Assembly: GCA_963820825.1 (NCBI GenBank)
Contig: CAWGBN010000009.1
Span: 261,967-325,966 of the forward strand
Direction: 5' to 3'
From: Vulcanimicrobiota bacterium
Lineage (GTDB): Bacteria > Vulcanimicrobiota > Vulcanimicrobiia > Vulcanimicrobiales > Vulcanimicrobiaceae
Length of the DNA stretch: 64,000 nt
Of the stretch, positions 49,872 to 61,209 are shown piece by piece. How positions within the stretch are numbered: the first letter of the stretch is position 1; each line of letters begins with the position of its first letter. Both the position numbers and the translations under genes were made by a program. The notes beneath the pieces were generated by a model. The model was not told the DNA's origin. It saw only the letters and a program-made list of their open reading frames with translations, and did no database searches.

Positions 49872-50689
49872 CGCAACTCGTCGGCCCAGAAGACCGGGCC
49901 CTCGCGGCAGATGCGGGCGTAGACGACGTCGCTCCCGCCTTCATCGGCCGGAGGAAAGCTCGGAGCTTGCGCGCTCGTGCGCACGAGCGGAACGACGCAT
50001 CCCCAACAGCCGCCGATGCCGCATCCGAAGGTCTCTTCGAGCGAGAGCTGCGCGCGCACGCCGAACTCCGCCGCGACGCGCGCGACCGCGCGCAACATCG
50101 GCGACGGACCGCAGGCAACGATCATCTCGGGTTTGCGCGCGCGCGCGAGCGCGGCGGTGATGAATCCGCGTTCGCCGGCGCTCCCGTCATCGGTCGTAAG
50201 AACGAGCTCGCAACCCAAATCGGCAAAGCGTTTCGCTTCGACGAGCCGATCGGCGGTACGCGCCCCGTAGAAGAGCCGTACGCGTACGCCGGCGCGCAGC
50301 AGGGCTTGCGCGCAGAGCAATACCGAGGCGATGCCGACCCCGCCGGCAACGATCGCGACGTCGCGCACGCCGTCCGGCCAATCGAAGCCGTTGCCGAGCG
50401 GCCCAACGACGTCGAGGCGATCGCCCTGACGCAGATCGGCGAGCTCCCGCGTGCGGTTCCCGGTTACAAAGAAGAGAAGGCTTGCGCGCTTGCCTTCTGC
50501 TTCGTAGACGGCAAGCGCGGTCGCAGCCGTTTGTGCGCTCGGCGGAATCGCCATCACGTACTGACCGGGCCGCGTGGCCGTCGCCAGTTCGGGCGCGTCG
50601 AGCGAGAGCAAGACGACGTCCTCAGTGAGGACGCGACGCTCGACGACGGTCGTCGCGTGCACGGCGGCATTCGAGTCAAGCGTCGCCAT
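49865..50689 (-). CDS. pyrK: Dihydroorotate dehydrogenase electron transfer subunit
   Basis: PGQY, GPLGNGF, AGGVGIA, CGP.PM and CGIGGCWGC...C.EGPVF 2Fe-2S motif. Confidence 0.92.
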   Translation of the reverse strand: MATLDSNAAVHATTVVERRVLTEDVVLLSLDAPELATATRPGQYVMAIPPSAQTAATALAVYEAEGKRASLLFFVTGNRTRELADLRQGDRLDVVGPLGNGFDWPDGVRDVAIVAGGVGIASVLLCAQALLRAGVRVRLFYGARTADRLVEAKRFADLGCELVLTTDDGSAGERGFITAALARARKPEMIVACGPSPMLRAVARVAAEFGVRAQLSLEETFGCGIGGCWGCVVPLVRTSAQAPSFPPADEGGSDVVYARICREGPVFWADELRW

Positions 50690-50808
50690 TTCTCGAGCTA
50701 TTTTCAACAAATTCTTACGAAAATCTCTGGAAATGGCTACACGCCCTTGCCGTCAGAGCCGTTATACTGTATAGAGAGCGTAAATATACGGGAAAGGAGG
50801 GTCCGCAA

Positions 50809-50949
50809 ATGGCAGGTCTTATCGTCTTCAAATCGTTAGCCGACGCACTCAGAGCGGGCTATCAGGTTTACGATCGGACTGCTGACGGATATCTCGTCAG
50901 GACGCGCACGGCCGCCGGCTGGGCCATGGCCTTGGTCTCCTGCAAGTAA
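50809..50949 (+). CDS. 46 aa small protein of unknown function, absent from the ORF track
   Basis: AAAGGAGG RBS; MAGLIVFKSLADALRAGYQVYDRTADGYLVRTRTAAGWAMALVSCK; followed by a perfect hairpin. Confidence 0.8.
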   Translation: MAGLIVFKSLADALRAGYQVYDRTADGYLVRTRTAAGWAMALVSCK

Positions 50950-50967
50950 TATCGTCTTTATTCGACA

Positions 50968-51003
50968 AGTAATGCCGCCGGTCAACCGACCGGCGGCATT
51001 ACT
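50968..51003. terminator. Perfect 16-bp stem hairpin, probable terminator between convergent genes
   Basis: AGTAATGCCGCCGGTC-AACC-GACCGGCGGCATTACT. Confidence 0.7.
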
Positions 51004-51021
51004 ATGTGGGCGCTCGAACGT

Positions 51022-51070
51022 TGTCATCCTGAGCGGGGCGCGATCGTAGCCAAAGGCCCGAGTCGAAGGG
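51022..51070 (+). repeat. Short REP-like dispersed repeat, copy B
   Basis: TGTCATCCTGAGCGGGGCGCG...GAGTCGAAGGG. Confidence 0.65.
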
Positions 51071-51667
51071 TCAGCCGCGGTAATCCGGCGGTGAGGCGGG
51101 CTTTTCAATCTCCGGCGTCGTCCCAGGGCGCCACCCGCCGTAGGTCGGACCCGGCATCGCGCTGCCGGCCTCGCGGGTCGGGGCGCTCGGCGCCGCGCCC
51201 GGCGGCGGCCCGAACTGCTGGCGCGCGGCCGGCGGACCGAAGCTGGCGCCGCCGAGGACCGCGCCGATGATCTGGGCGATGCCGACGAAGAGCGGGATCA
51301 GGCCGCCCAAGAGCCACGGACCGTACACGTAGGTTCCGTCCCCCCGGTAGCCGATGAAGCCGAGCCCGATGAGCAGAGCCAGACCGATGAAGGCCACCTG
51401 CATTCCTCGCCGGAGCTGATGCTGCGGATAGTAGTCGGGGGGGAAGTAGCCGTACTGATTCGGTGCATTCTCCGCCGTCGCGCTGGGCGTCCACCCGTAC
51501 TTCATGGCGCGGCGCATTTCACGCGCGTTGGGCGGCGGCGTGATTCCTCGGCGCAGCATCTCCATGCGCTCTTGATGCGCGAGCACCCGCGAGACGATGA
51601 ACGCGGCGATCGGCGCTCCGAAGATGAAGATTATCGCAATCGCTGGTACGAAATCGCTAGTGTCCAT
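51071..51667 (-). CDS. DUF6249-like membrane protein
   Basis: TM segment then H.ER..M..RG, two further TM segments (GLIPLFVGIA) and a Pro-rich tail. Confidence 0.7.
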   Translation of the reverse strand: MDTSDFVPAIAIIFIFGAPIAAFIVSRVLAHQERMEMLRRGITPPPNAREMRRAMKYGWTPSATAENAPNQYGYFPPDYYPQHQLRRGMQVAFIGLALLIGLGFIGYRGDGTYVYGPWLLGGLIPLFVGIAQIIGAVLGGASFGPPAARQQFGPPPGAAPSAPTREAGSAMPGPTYGGWRPGTTPEIEKPASPPDYRG

Positions 51668-52586
51668 TGCTTTGGAGTTCTCCGTTGGTCTTAATGTGTA
51701 TCGATCCGTCGGCAGTGGCGAGCGTCATGCGGCCCGTCCCGGCGCCGAGGCGAAGCGTGCGCTGTGCCGCGTCGTCGCTATCGGCGGTACTTCCGTCGAC
51801 GTAAATGTGTCCGTCTCGCGTGGATGCGTCGACGGTAAGATCCGCGTTCGGCGCGAGAGCCACGTGCATCGAGCCGTCGCCGGTTTGCAGCTTCGCGTCA
51901 CCGCTGACGCTGAGTTCGCCGGCTTCGATGCGCCCGTCGCGCGTCGTCGCGGTCAATGATGCAACCGCTACGCGGTCGAGCGTGAGGCGACCGTCGCTCG
52001 AATCCATCGCGAGCCGGTCACCGCGCACGTTGGTTGCCCGCAGAGAGCCGTTGTCGCTGCGCGCGTCGACCGTGCCCTGCAGATCGCTCAGCGTGACGTG
52101 ACCGTCGACCGAATGGACGCTCACGCCACCCGTAATCCCGGCAACGTCGGCACCCGAACAGCGCGCGATCTCGAGACGCGCGCCGGCGGGTACGTCGACC
52201 TCGATCTTCTGCGTGCTGAAGCCGAAGATGCCGATCGAGAGATTGGGGACGCGCGCACGTTCGATGCTGACGCCGTCGGCCGTGCGAGCGACGTGTAGCT
52301 GCGGATAGGTCGTATTGGAGAAGACGCCGCCCTGTATCTGCGTGAGATCGCGTACGTGGACGAGCGCGTCGCTCGAAACGTTGACTAAAACGCGCGAATC
52401 TGCATCGTCGACGACGACGTGCGGGGTCGCGCCGGCCGCAAGCGGCGCAACCTGCGCCGCCGCGAAATCGACGTGGTGCAACCCCGCCGCTAACGATGCC
52501 CGGCCGTGGCCGACCGCGAAGAGCGCCATCCCGACGATCACGATCTCGGCCGCGACGAGCATTGCGACGACTGATGCCCGCGACAT
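51657..52586 (-). CDS. DUF4097 beta-strand repeat (adhesin-like) protein
   Basis: N-terminal TM segment; repeated (S/T)xDGxI/V units. Confidence 0.8.
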   Translation of the reverse strand: MSRASVVAMLVAAEIVIVGMALFAVGHGRASLAAGLHHVDFAAAQVAPLAAGATPHVVVDDADSRVLVNVSSDALVHVRDLTQIQGGVFSNTTYPQLHVARTADGVSIERARVPNLSIGIFGFSTQKIEVDVPAGARLEIARCSGADVAGITGGVSVHSVDGHVTLSDLQGTVDARSDNGSLRATNVRGDRLAMDSSDGRLTLDRVAVASLTATTRDGRIEAGELSVSGDAKLQTGDGSMHVALAPNADLTVDASTRDGHIYVDGSTADSDDAAQRTLRLGAGTGRMTLATADGSIHIKTNGELQSNGH

Positions 52587-52721
52587 TTAGAGACGCGGTC
52601 CCCAGCCGTCGAAGGTGGGCCGCAGCGATTGCGCGGAGTTCCGTTCTTCGCTGGGCAGCCCCGGAAGCGTCCGATCGTGGCCGGCGCCGCCGGGAAGGGT
52701 TTTGTTCGGAATCGTGGTCAT
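52587..52721 (-). CDS. Putative 44 aa small ORF at the head of the DUF4097-DUF6249 operon
   Basis: GGAGG upstream; MTTIPNKTLPGGAGHDRTLPGLPSEERNSAQSLRPTFDGWGPRL; its TAA directly abuts the next ATG. Confidence 0.5.
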   Translation of the reverse strand: MTTIPNKTLPGGAGHDRTLPGLPSEERNSAQSLRPTFDGWGPRL

Positions 52722-52758
52722 CTGCGAGTTGAGCCTCCGTGAAAGTTCCTGCCCTAGC

Positions 52759-52784
52759 TACGGCGGCCCCAACGTTATGTTTCG
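52759..52784 (-). promoter_or_regulatory. SigW-type ECF promoter for the DUF4097 operon
   Basis: CGAAAC-N16-CGTA on the minus strand. Confidence 0.7.
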
Positions 52785-52806
52785 AGCCCGGCGGCTCCGG
52801 CGCAAA

Positions 52807-52833
52807 CGAAACAATCCCCTCGGCGCGCGCGTA
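52807..52833 (+). promoter_or_regulatory. SigW-type ECF autoregulatory promoter
   Basis: CGAAAC-N17-CGTA ending 8 nt before the GTG of the sigma gene. Confidence 0.7.
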
Positions 52834-52841
52834 CGACGAGC

Positions 52842-53426
52842 GTGTCGGCACTCTTGGCGGAGGCTCCGCGACCCCGGGTGAGGGCGGAACCGCAGGACGG
52901 CGATTTGGTGGCGATGACGCTCCGGGGCAACTCGGAGGCATTCGCTACGCTCGTCGAGCGATACGACCGAGCCGTCTATCACTTGGCGTATCGCACGCTG
53001 CACGACGTAGAGGAGGCGCGCGACGTGACCCAAGAGGCATTTTTCAAAGCTTTTCGCAGCCTGAGGACCTTCAAGGCCGGGGCCAAGTTCTCGACCTGGA
53101 TCTTCGCGATCACGTACCATGCCTGTTGCGACCGGCTCAGCCGGCGCAAGCATTATAGCGGTGAAGAGCTTCCCGAGCGTGCCGACGCTTCGCCGGGACC
53201 AGAGCAGCGCGTGATTGCCCTCGACGAGGCCTCACGACTTCGCGCCGCCATCGAGGCGTTGCCCGAGAAGTACCGCACGGTCGTCACGCTCTTCCATCTG
53301 CAAGGCAAGCAGTACGAAGAGATCGCGACGGTCTTGGGCCTGCCGATGGGTACGGTAAAGACACATTTGTTTCGCGCGAAGGAGCAGCTCCGCAGGCTTC
53401 TGAGCGGGATGGAGGTAACGGACTAA
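52842..53426 (+). CDS. ECF sigma-70 factor (SigW-like)
   Basis: Region 2 (AF..LV.RY, DVTQEAF, KFSTWIF) and region 4 (LPEKYRTV, YEEIA..LGLPMGTVKTHLFRAK). Confidence 0.93.
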   Translation: MSALLAEAPRPRVRAEPQDGDLVAMTLRGNSEAFATLVERYDRAVYHLAYRTLHDVEEARDVTQEAFFKAFRSLRTFKAGAKFSTWIFAITYHACCDRLSRRKHYSGEELPERADASPGPEQRVIALDEASRLRAAIEALPEKYRTVVTLFHLQGKQYEEIATVLGLPMGTVKTHLFRAKEQLRRLLSGMEVTD

Positions 53427-53800
53427 TGACCATGGACGAGCTCGAACGCGCAATCCTCAAGCTTCCGCTCGAGGAGCCGCCCGAGGGGCTGCGCGCCTCC
53501 ATCTTGCTTGCGACCGCCTACCGCCCGGCGCCGGCCTTCTCATTCGTCGAGCTCGCAACGCTCGGCGCCCTCGGTGCGGTTGGCCTCTGGCTCGTCGTGC
53601 AGCTCGTTTTGGGAGGCGGCTCGCTCTTCGTCCAGACGCTCGGCACGATCGGTTCGGTACTCTCGCGGACGCTCTCCAACGGCGCCGTTCTCGCATGGGT
53701 CGCGGCCGGCGGTGCGACGGCACTCTGGCTGACGCTTTTCACCGGATCCCAACCCCTTCTGGCGGCCTCGCACAGGTCCGAACGGAGTGCCGGACGATAA
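53426..53800 (+). CDS. Putative membrane anti-sigma factor
   Basis: Coupled to the sigma gene (TAATG); L..LP.EEPP.GLR..I N-terminus and two TM segments. Confidence 0.65.
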   Translation: MTMDELERAILKLPLEEPPEGLRASILLATAYRPAPAFSFVELATLGALGAVGLWLVVQLVLGGGSLFVQTLGTIGSVLSRTLSNGAVLAWVAAGGATALWLTLFTGSQPLLAASHRSERSAGR

Positions 53801-53809
53801 TGTATCGGC

Positions 53810-54502
53810 ATGGAGAAACACGCACCGCCGGAGCGACGTCAATATAGAGTCCTCGTTATCGAGGACGACGCGGCAATCAGTCGCGTTCTGCAGCTCGAAC
53901 TAGAGCACGAGCGCTACGACGTCGAGATCGCGCGCGACGGACTATCGGGCCTCGAGAAGGCCCTCAAAGAGCCCGACCTGGTGATCCTCGATCTCATGAT
54001 CCCTCGCATGGACGGCATCGAGGTCTGCCGCCGCATCCGCGCCAAGAGCCGCGTTCCAATCATCATGCTCACCGCGAAGGATCGCGTCCCCGATCGCGTC
54101 GCCGGACTCGACGTCGGTGCCGACGACTACGTGACCAAGCCGTTCGCCACCGAAGAGCTGCTCGCGCGCGTTCGCGCCCGGCTGCGCGAACGCGCCCCGC
54201 AGGGAAACGTCATCGAGTACCGCGACGTCGTCATGGATCGCGATCGCCACGAGGTGCACCGCGACGGCAAGGCCATCTCCCTCACCGCCAAAGAGTACGC
54301 GCTCCTCGAATATCTGCTGCTGCATCGCAACAAGGTGCACACCCGCGACGAGCTCTTCAACGGCGTCTGGGGTAGCGATTTCCTCGGCGACTCCAACCTG
54401 ATCGACGTTTACATCCGCTACTTACGCGGCAAAATCGACGACGGCTTCGACGACAAGCTCATTACGACGGTCCGTGGTGTAGGATATACCATTAAGGATT
54501 AG
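53810..54502 (+). CDS. OmpR-family response regulator
   Basis: IEDD, ILDLMIP, MLTAK, GADDYVTKPF, LTAKEY.LL and TVRGVGY. Confidence 0.95.
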   Translation: MEKHAPPERRQYRVLVIEDDAAISRVLQLELEHERYDVEIARDGLSGLEKALKEPDLVILDLMIPRMDGIEVCRRIRAKSRVPIIMLTAKDRVPDRVAGLDVGADDYVTKPFATEELLARVRARLRERAPQGNVIEYRDVVMDRDRHEVHRDGKAISLTAKEYALLEYLLLHRNKVHTRDELFNGVWGSDFLGDSNLIDVYIRYLRGKIDDGFDDKLITTVRGVGYTIKD

Positions 54503-54592
54503 CGAGAGAGGCCCGACCCGAGCGGTGCGTATGGGCGACCAGAAGGCTCCAACTTTTTCGGGCCGGCTGTCGATGAGGAACCCGAGCTAATC

Positions 54593-56044
54593 GTGTCCCT
54601 CAAGTGGCGCATCGCGCTGGGTTATTCGGTGCTGCTGATCGTGGCGATCACGGCGATGAGCGCGATCATTACGTGGCGGTTTCAGCAGATTCTCTACGAT
54701 CAAGCGCAGGCGAGCGTCAACGCGACGATGCGCGGGATCGTGCAGTTCGCGCAGCAGTCGACGACGCCGTTCTCGCTCGAGGACTCGTCGCTGGGAACGC
54801 TGCAGTTGCTCTTCAACAGCGCGAACCTGGCGACGTGGAATTCGACCAACAGCTACGTTCAGGTCGATTCGGGGAGCGGCTATCCGCTGGCGAAGACCGC
54901 GAATCTCGGGGCTCTGACCATCCCGCCGAATCCCAAACTCTCGGCGGCGCACGACGTCGCCTTCCGGCAAGAGACGATCGGCGGGCGTCAATTCCTGATC
55001 GAGGATCGCTTCGTCAAGGAGGGCCCGAGCGCGGCGATCATCCACGTCGCCGAGCCGCTCGACGCGCTGCGGCGTACCTTTGCGCTCGCGAGCGAAGCGA
55101 TCGTGGTCGTGCTGGCTGCCACGGCGGCGGCGGTCGTCATCTTCTCGATCGTCTTTGCATCGCAAGCAACGACGCCGATCAACCAGCTCTCGCGCGAGAT
55201 GCGCGAGATCAGCTCCGACCGGCTCGCGCTCGCCGCGGGAACCTTCGACGGCCGGCGCAGCGGTCAGGAACTCGAGCGGCGGAACGACGAGATCGGACGC
55301 CTCGCAACGAGCTTCAACGATCTGCTCGCGCGGCTCGCCGAGGCCTTCGCCCGCGAGCGCCAGTTCATCTCCGATGCCTCGCACGAGCTCAAGACGCCGC
55401 TGACATCGATCAACGCAAACGCGCAGATGCTCCTGCGCTGGGGCGATCGAGATCCGACGATTCGCACCGAGAGCTTGGAGACGATCGCACGCGAGAGCGC
55501 CGATCTTGCGGCGATGGTCAACGGGATGCTCACCTTGGCGAAGGCCGATCGCGGCGACGAGATTCCCAAGGAGCCGCTCTCGCTCGCGCAGATCGCCAGC
55601 GAAGTCACCCAGAATGCCGCGCCGCGAGCGGCCGAGAAGCAGATCGCGCTCACCTTTGAGTACGACGGAACGCCGATCGTGTACGGCGACGCGCACCTGC
55701 TGCGCCAGCTCGTTGGAAATCTCGTCGACAACGCGATCAAGTTCACCGAGCGTGGAAGCGTCGACGTCCGCGTGGGCCAGAATCACGACTCCGCCTGGAT
55801 CGAGGTCGCCGACAGCGGCCCCGGCATCCCCGCGACGGAGCGGGCGCACATCTTCGAACGCTTCTACCGGGCCGACAAGGCGCGCTCGCGCAGCGTGCCG
55901 GGGACGGGGTTGGGCCTTGCGATCGTCCGCTCGATTGCCCGGGTCCACGGCGGCGAGGCGACGGCGGGCCAGGCACCCGCTGGCGGGGCGCTGCTGCGCA
56001 TCGTTTTACCCCGTCTTCGCCCTCCGTTCACCGACTTCTCATGA
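54593..56044 (+). CDS. HAMP-domain sensor histidine kinase
   Basis: Two TM segments, DEIGRLA, DASHELKTPL, NLVDNAIKF, DSGPGI and GTGLGLAI. Confidence 0.95.
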   Translation: MSLKWRIALGYSVLLIVAITAMSAIITWRFQQILYDQAQASVNATMRGIVQFAQQSTTPFSLEDSSLGTLQLLFNSANLATWNSTNSYVQVDSGSGYPLAKTANLGALTIPPNPKLSAAHDVAFRQETIGGRQFLIEDRFVKEGPSAAIIHVAEPLDALRRTFALASEAIVVVLAATAAAVVIFSIVFASQATTPINQLSREMREISSDRLALAAGTFDGRRSGQELERRNDEIGRLATSFNDLLARLAEAFARERQFISDASHELKTPLTSINANAQMLLRWGDRDPTIRTESLETIARESADLAAMVNGMLTLAKADRGDEIPKEPLSLAQIASEVTQNAAPRAAEKQIALTFEYDGTPIVYGDAHLLRQLVGNLVDNAIKFTERGSVDVRVGQNHDSAWIEVADSGPGIPATERAHIFERFYRADKARSRSVPGTGLGLAIVRSIARVHGGEATAGQAPAGGALLRIVLPRLRPPFTDFS

Positions 56045-56076
56045 TGGCCCGGCGGCCATCCCGATACAATACATTC

Positions 56077-57099
56077 GTGCGTGGTCGATTGGGGCGAGGA
56101 GCATTCGTAACGCTCGTCGCCTTACTCTGTTCTCTGGCGTTCGCGGCACCGGTCCGGGCCGACGAGCAGTTCGACGTCGGCCCATCGCCGATCATCAACC
56201 TGCACGTGAGCCGCGGGCAGGTAACGATTCAGACCTGGGATCGCCCGCAGGTCCTCATCTCCGCCGAGCGGCCCATCGACGTCCGCCACCTCGCGCCCTC
56301 GGAGGTCGACTCGCAAATTCCCAAGCAGGTCCAAATCGCCTCCGACCAGATCCAGACCGAGCACGGGCCGGTGACGCTCCCCGCCGAGTCGTTCGTCGTT
56401 CCCGAGTTGCCCGGCGGCCCGCACGACGCGATCGTCGCGCGCGGAAGCGGCCGGATGACGATCCTGATTCCGCGCAACGCCGCGATGGTGATGGCGCAGC
56501 AGCGCGGCGGCCATCTCACGATCGCGAATTACCGTGGAGTCTTCATCGCGCACGCCCGCGCGGCCGGCGTCTCGCTCAACAACGTGAGCGGGACGGGCTT
56601 CGTCGAATCGCTGCGCGGCCGAATCGTCGCAACCGATTCCACCTTCGACCGGCTCCGCGTTCGCACCGCGACCGGCGACATGCTCTTCAAGGGATGCACG
56701 TCGCAGCAAATTCAGGCGACGAGCGCGTACGGATCGATCGTCTACGACGACGGTGGGTTCCAACCGGGACTCGCGCGCTTTGAGTCGGAGCACGGCAACG
56801 TGGCGCTCGGGGTCCGCGGCAACGCGGAGATCGGCGCGCACAGCGGCTCCGGCCACGTCGAATCGAGTTTCGACGACGACGCTCAAGTACGCGGCGATCC
56901 GGCAACGAAACAGGCGACGGTCGGCAGCGGCGGACCGGTCGTAACCGCGACGTCGAAGAACGGCTCCGTCTATCTCTACAGCGGCTCGATGAACGAGCAC
57001 CCGCACGTGCGCCAAGAGCTCAGCGGCAGCACGCGCCTTCCGATTCAGATGCCCGCGCGGCCGCCGGTGCGCGTCGAGCGACCGCCGCCGCCGCTCTAA
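56077..57099 (+). CDS. Secreted DUF4097-like beta-strand repeat protein
   Basis: TACAAT 6 nt before an in-frame GTG; signal peptide ending AAPVRA; repeated S/T-x-x-G-x-I/V units. Confidence 0.7.
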   Translation: MRGRLGRGAFVTLVALLCSLAFAAPVRADEQFDVGPSPIINLHVSRGQVTIQTWDRPQVLISAERPIDVRHLAPSEVDSQIPKQVQIASDQIQTEHGPVTLPAESFVVPELPGGPHDAIVARGSGRMTILIPRNAAMVMAQQRGGHLTIANYRGVFIAHARAAGVSLNNVSGTGFVESLRGRIVATDSTFDRLRVRTATGDMLFKGCTSQQIQATSAYGSIVYDDGGFQPGLARFESEHGNVALGVRGNAEIGAHSGSGHVESSFDDDAQVRGDPATKQATVGSGGPVVTATSKNGSVYLYSGSMNEHPHVRQELSGSTRLPIQMPARPPVRVERPPPPL

Positions 57100-57895
57100 C
57101 CCACAGCCGCCGCCATCTCGGTGTCGAGATCGAGCGTGAATCCGTCGTACGCGGCGATCGCGCGCAAGCCGAGGTCGTCTTCGAGCTCTGCGCGAGTTTG
57201 GGCGGATCGGCTTCGAGCATCTTCGTCCCAAAATGCTGGAAGACCGCGACCTGCGGCCGCATTTCGGCGACGAGCGCGCCGTGCATCGTCCCACGTGAGG
57301 TGATCGACGTTCATTTCGTCGCGATGGCGCAGCACGTTGACGATGAGCACGTCGGGGCGCAAGCGCGCGTAGTCGGCGGCGAGACCCGTCGAAGAACCGG
57401 CCGCACGGCATGTACGCGACGCGCAGTCCGTCGTACGCAAACTGCAGACCGTACGTTTGCGACCGCGTGCACGTGCGCGATCGACGTGTGCAGCTCGACC
57501 CGCCGATGCGATACGGCCCGGTGCTCGGCTCGAGCCGCTCGAGGCTCGACGAACCGCCGAACGTACGGCAGCACGACCGGTTCGTCGTCGAACGCGTCGG
57601 CCGGCGCGAGCAGCGTGCCGCGCCGCCGGAATCCGCCCGAGGTCATCGCTTCGACCATCGCGTTGACGTCGCTCGCGTGATCCAAGTGCTTGTGCGAGAG
57701 AACGATCGCGTCGAGCTCGCGCGGATTGCACGGCGGCACGTTCGAGAGCGCGCGCACGAGCGCGCCGGGGCCGGGATCGACGTGAATCTGCGTCTGCCGA
57801 GGCGCAGCCACATGCCGCCCGAGGCGCGCAACTGCCGCGCGACGACGAACCGTGCGCCGCCGCTGCCGAGAAAGAGTATCGAGGAAGCGAGCCGC
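57096..57895 (-). CDS. MBL-fold metallo-hydrolase, multiply frameshifted
   Basis: FLGSGGARF, VDPGPGAL, LSHKHLDH and DHL...A.DG fragments spread across several frames. Confidence 0.7.
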
Positions 57896-58304
57896 TCAGG
57901 CGCCTTTGCGTCCGGTCGTGGTGCGTTCGTTACGGCGCTCGTAGAGCGCGAAGAACGTTTCCAAATTCGAGCGATATTGATCGAGCGCTTCGCTCCATCG
58001 CCGCAGCGCGGTGCCGTTCGGAGTCAGCGCGTACAGCCGCCGCGGCGGCCCTTGTTCGGTCGGATTCCACCACGACGAAATGCAGCCGTCGCGCTCGAGC
58101 TGCCGCAGCGCCCGGTACACCGTGCCGGCGTCGGTGATCACCTCGAACTTTTCGTTGAGCTCTCGCGTGATTTCGTAGCCGTGAAGGCTCTTCTCGGCGA
58201 GCATCACCAGCAGCCACGCCATCAAGTAGTTCTTGGGCGTGCCTTTAGGAGGAAGACCGCCTTCGCGGCAACCGGCGAAGGGACGACGCGCGGGCGCTCG
58301 GCAT
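57896..58304 (-). CDS. PadR-family transcriptional regulator (start uncertain)
   Basis: LHGYEI, GTVYRALRQLE.DG and GPPRRLY.LT..G. Confidence 0.8.
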
Positions 58305-58358
58305 TGGCCGGGTAGGTCTGTACCGGCTACTACCGCCCGCAAGCGGAGCCCTGAGCAG

Positions 58359-59594
58359 CTAAGCGCAGGAGCGGAGAGCTGGCGGGGATCTTGACCCGCC
58401 GAGGACGGTCGTCGAAGGCCGGCCGAGCCAGCGCTCGAGCACGGTGGCGTAGACGCTGCGGAAGTCGGTGCTGAAGGCCACGTTGCCCATGTTCGTGCTG
58501 GCGAGGTCGGGCAGCTTCCCGTAGACGCCGCCTTTGACGCCGCCGCCGATCAAGAACAGCGGCGAGGCTTCGCCGTGGTCGGTGCCGCGAGCGCCGTTCT
58601 CTTCGACGCGCCGCCCGAACTCGCTGAAGGTCAGGTAAGCACGCGCCGGTCGTTGCCGTGCGCGGCAAGGTCGTCGTAGAACGCGGAGATCGCGTCGGAG
58701 AACTGCCCGAGCAGATTGTTCTGCGTCGCCATCTGATTGACGTGCGTGTCGAACGACCCGTGCGAGACGTACAGCACTTTCGTGCCGAGATTGCTGCCGA
58801 CGATCTGCGCGACCAGCGCCAGGCTTCGACCGATCGGCGTCGCCGGATACGCCGCCTGCGTCTTGTATCCCGAGATCAGCGCGGCAGCTCTTCGGACGTG
58901 CGCTGCGCGTGGTCTTCGATTTCCATCACGTGCGCCAAGTACGGCGAGCTGAAGGGCAGCTCGCGATCGCGCGATTCCTGCGAGAAGGCCTCGCGCGAGA
59001 ACGCATCGCGGTTGGCGATCATCAAGCCGTAGTGCGCCGAGGTTGGAGATCGTCGGAATGTCGGTGCGATTGGAAACCAGCGCTTCCGGAAGGACTTGCG
59101 ACACGGCGACGCCTTTGAAGAGGTTGTTGTCGGGAAGGCCGCGGCCTCGTCGAGATAGCGGCCGAGCCAGCCGGTGTGCTCGTAGCGGTCCGGGCACGCC
59201 GGTCTGCCAGATCTCGCTCGAGCGGAAGTGCGAATGGTCGGCGTTCGGGTAGCCGACGCCTTGCACGATCGCGACGATGCCCTTGTCGTACATGCGCTTT
59301 GAACGACTGCATCTTCGGGATTGAAGCCGAGGCGTCGCATCGATCGCCAGCACGTCGCTTGCCGGAATCGCGAGCGACGGGCGCATTTGATAGTACTGCG
59401 GGTTGCCGTGCGGCACGACGCAGTTCAAACCGTCGTTTCCGCCGTTTAAGTTGACGAGCACCAGACAACGGTTCTGCGCCTCCGGGCAATCCCGGCAACG
59501 GCGACTGCGCCAGCGCCTGCGCGAAGACGTGATCGCCGTTGGCGACTACGGCGAGTCCGGAAACCGTTCCGAGGAGAAAGTTCAACCGCTTCAT
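58359..59594 (-). CDS. DUF1501 domain protein, multiply frameshifted
   Basis: NLNGGNDGLN.VVP, GVGYPN..HSHFRS, GSFDTH..Q, FSEFGRR..EN, GTDHG and DFRSVYATVL fragments. Confidence 0.8.
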
Positions 59595-59605
59595 CGTATG
59601 CCTTG

Positions 59606-61085
<1,480 letters not shown>

Positions 61086-61209
61086 CGGCAGTAGTATACC
61101 TCGCGTCCGCTCGGCGACGCGACCGCGCCGACATCTAACCCGCGTTTCATTGAGAGGCTGCCCAGCCGGGCACCGGAACAAGGCAGCCAAGCGCCGAATG
61201 GCGCGGCCG

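Noticed and set aside
54503..54592. Possible ncRNA between response regulator and kinase (GGCCCGA...TCGGGCC)
   Set aside because: Only a 7-bp inverted repeat in GC-rich DNA, with no recognisable RNA family.
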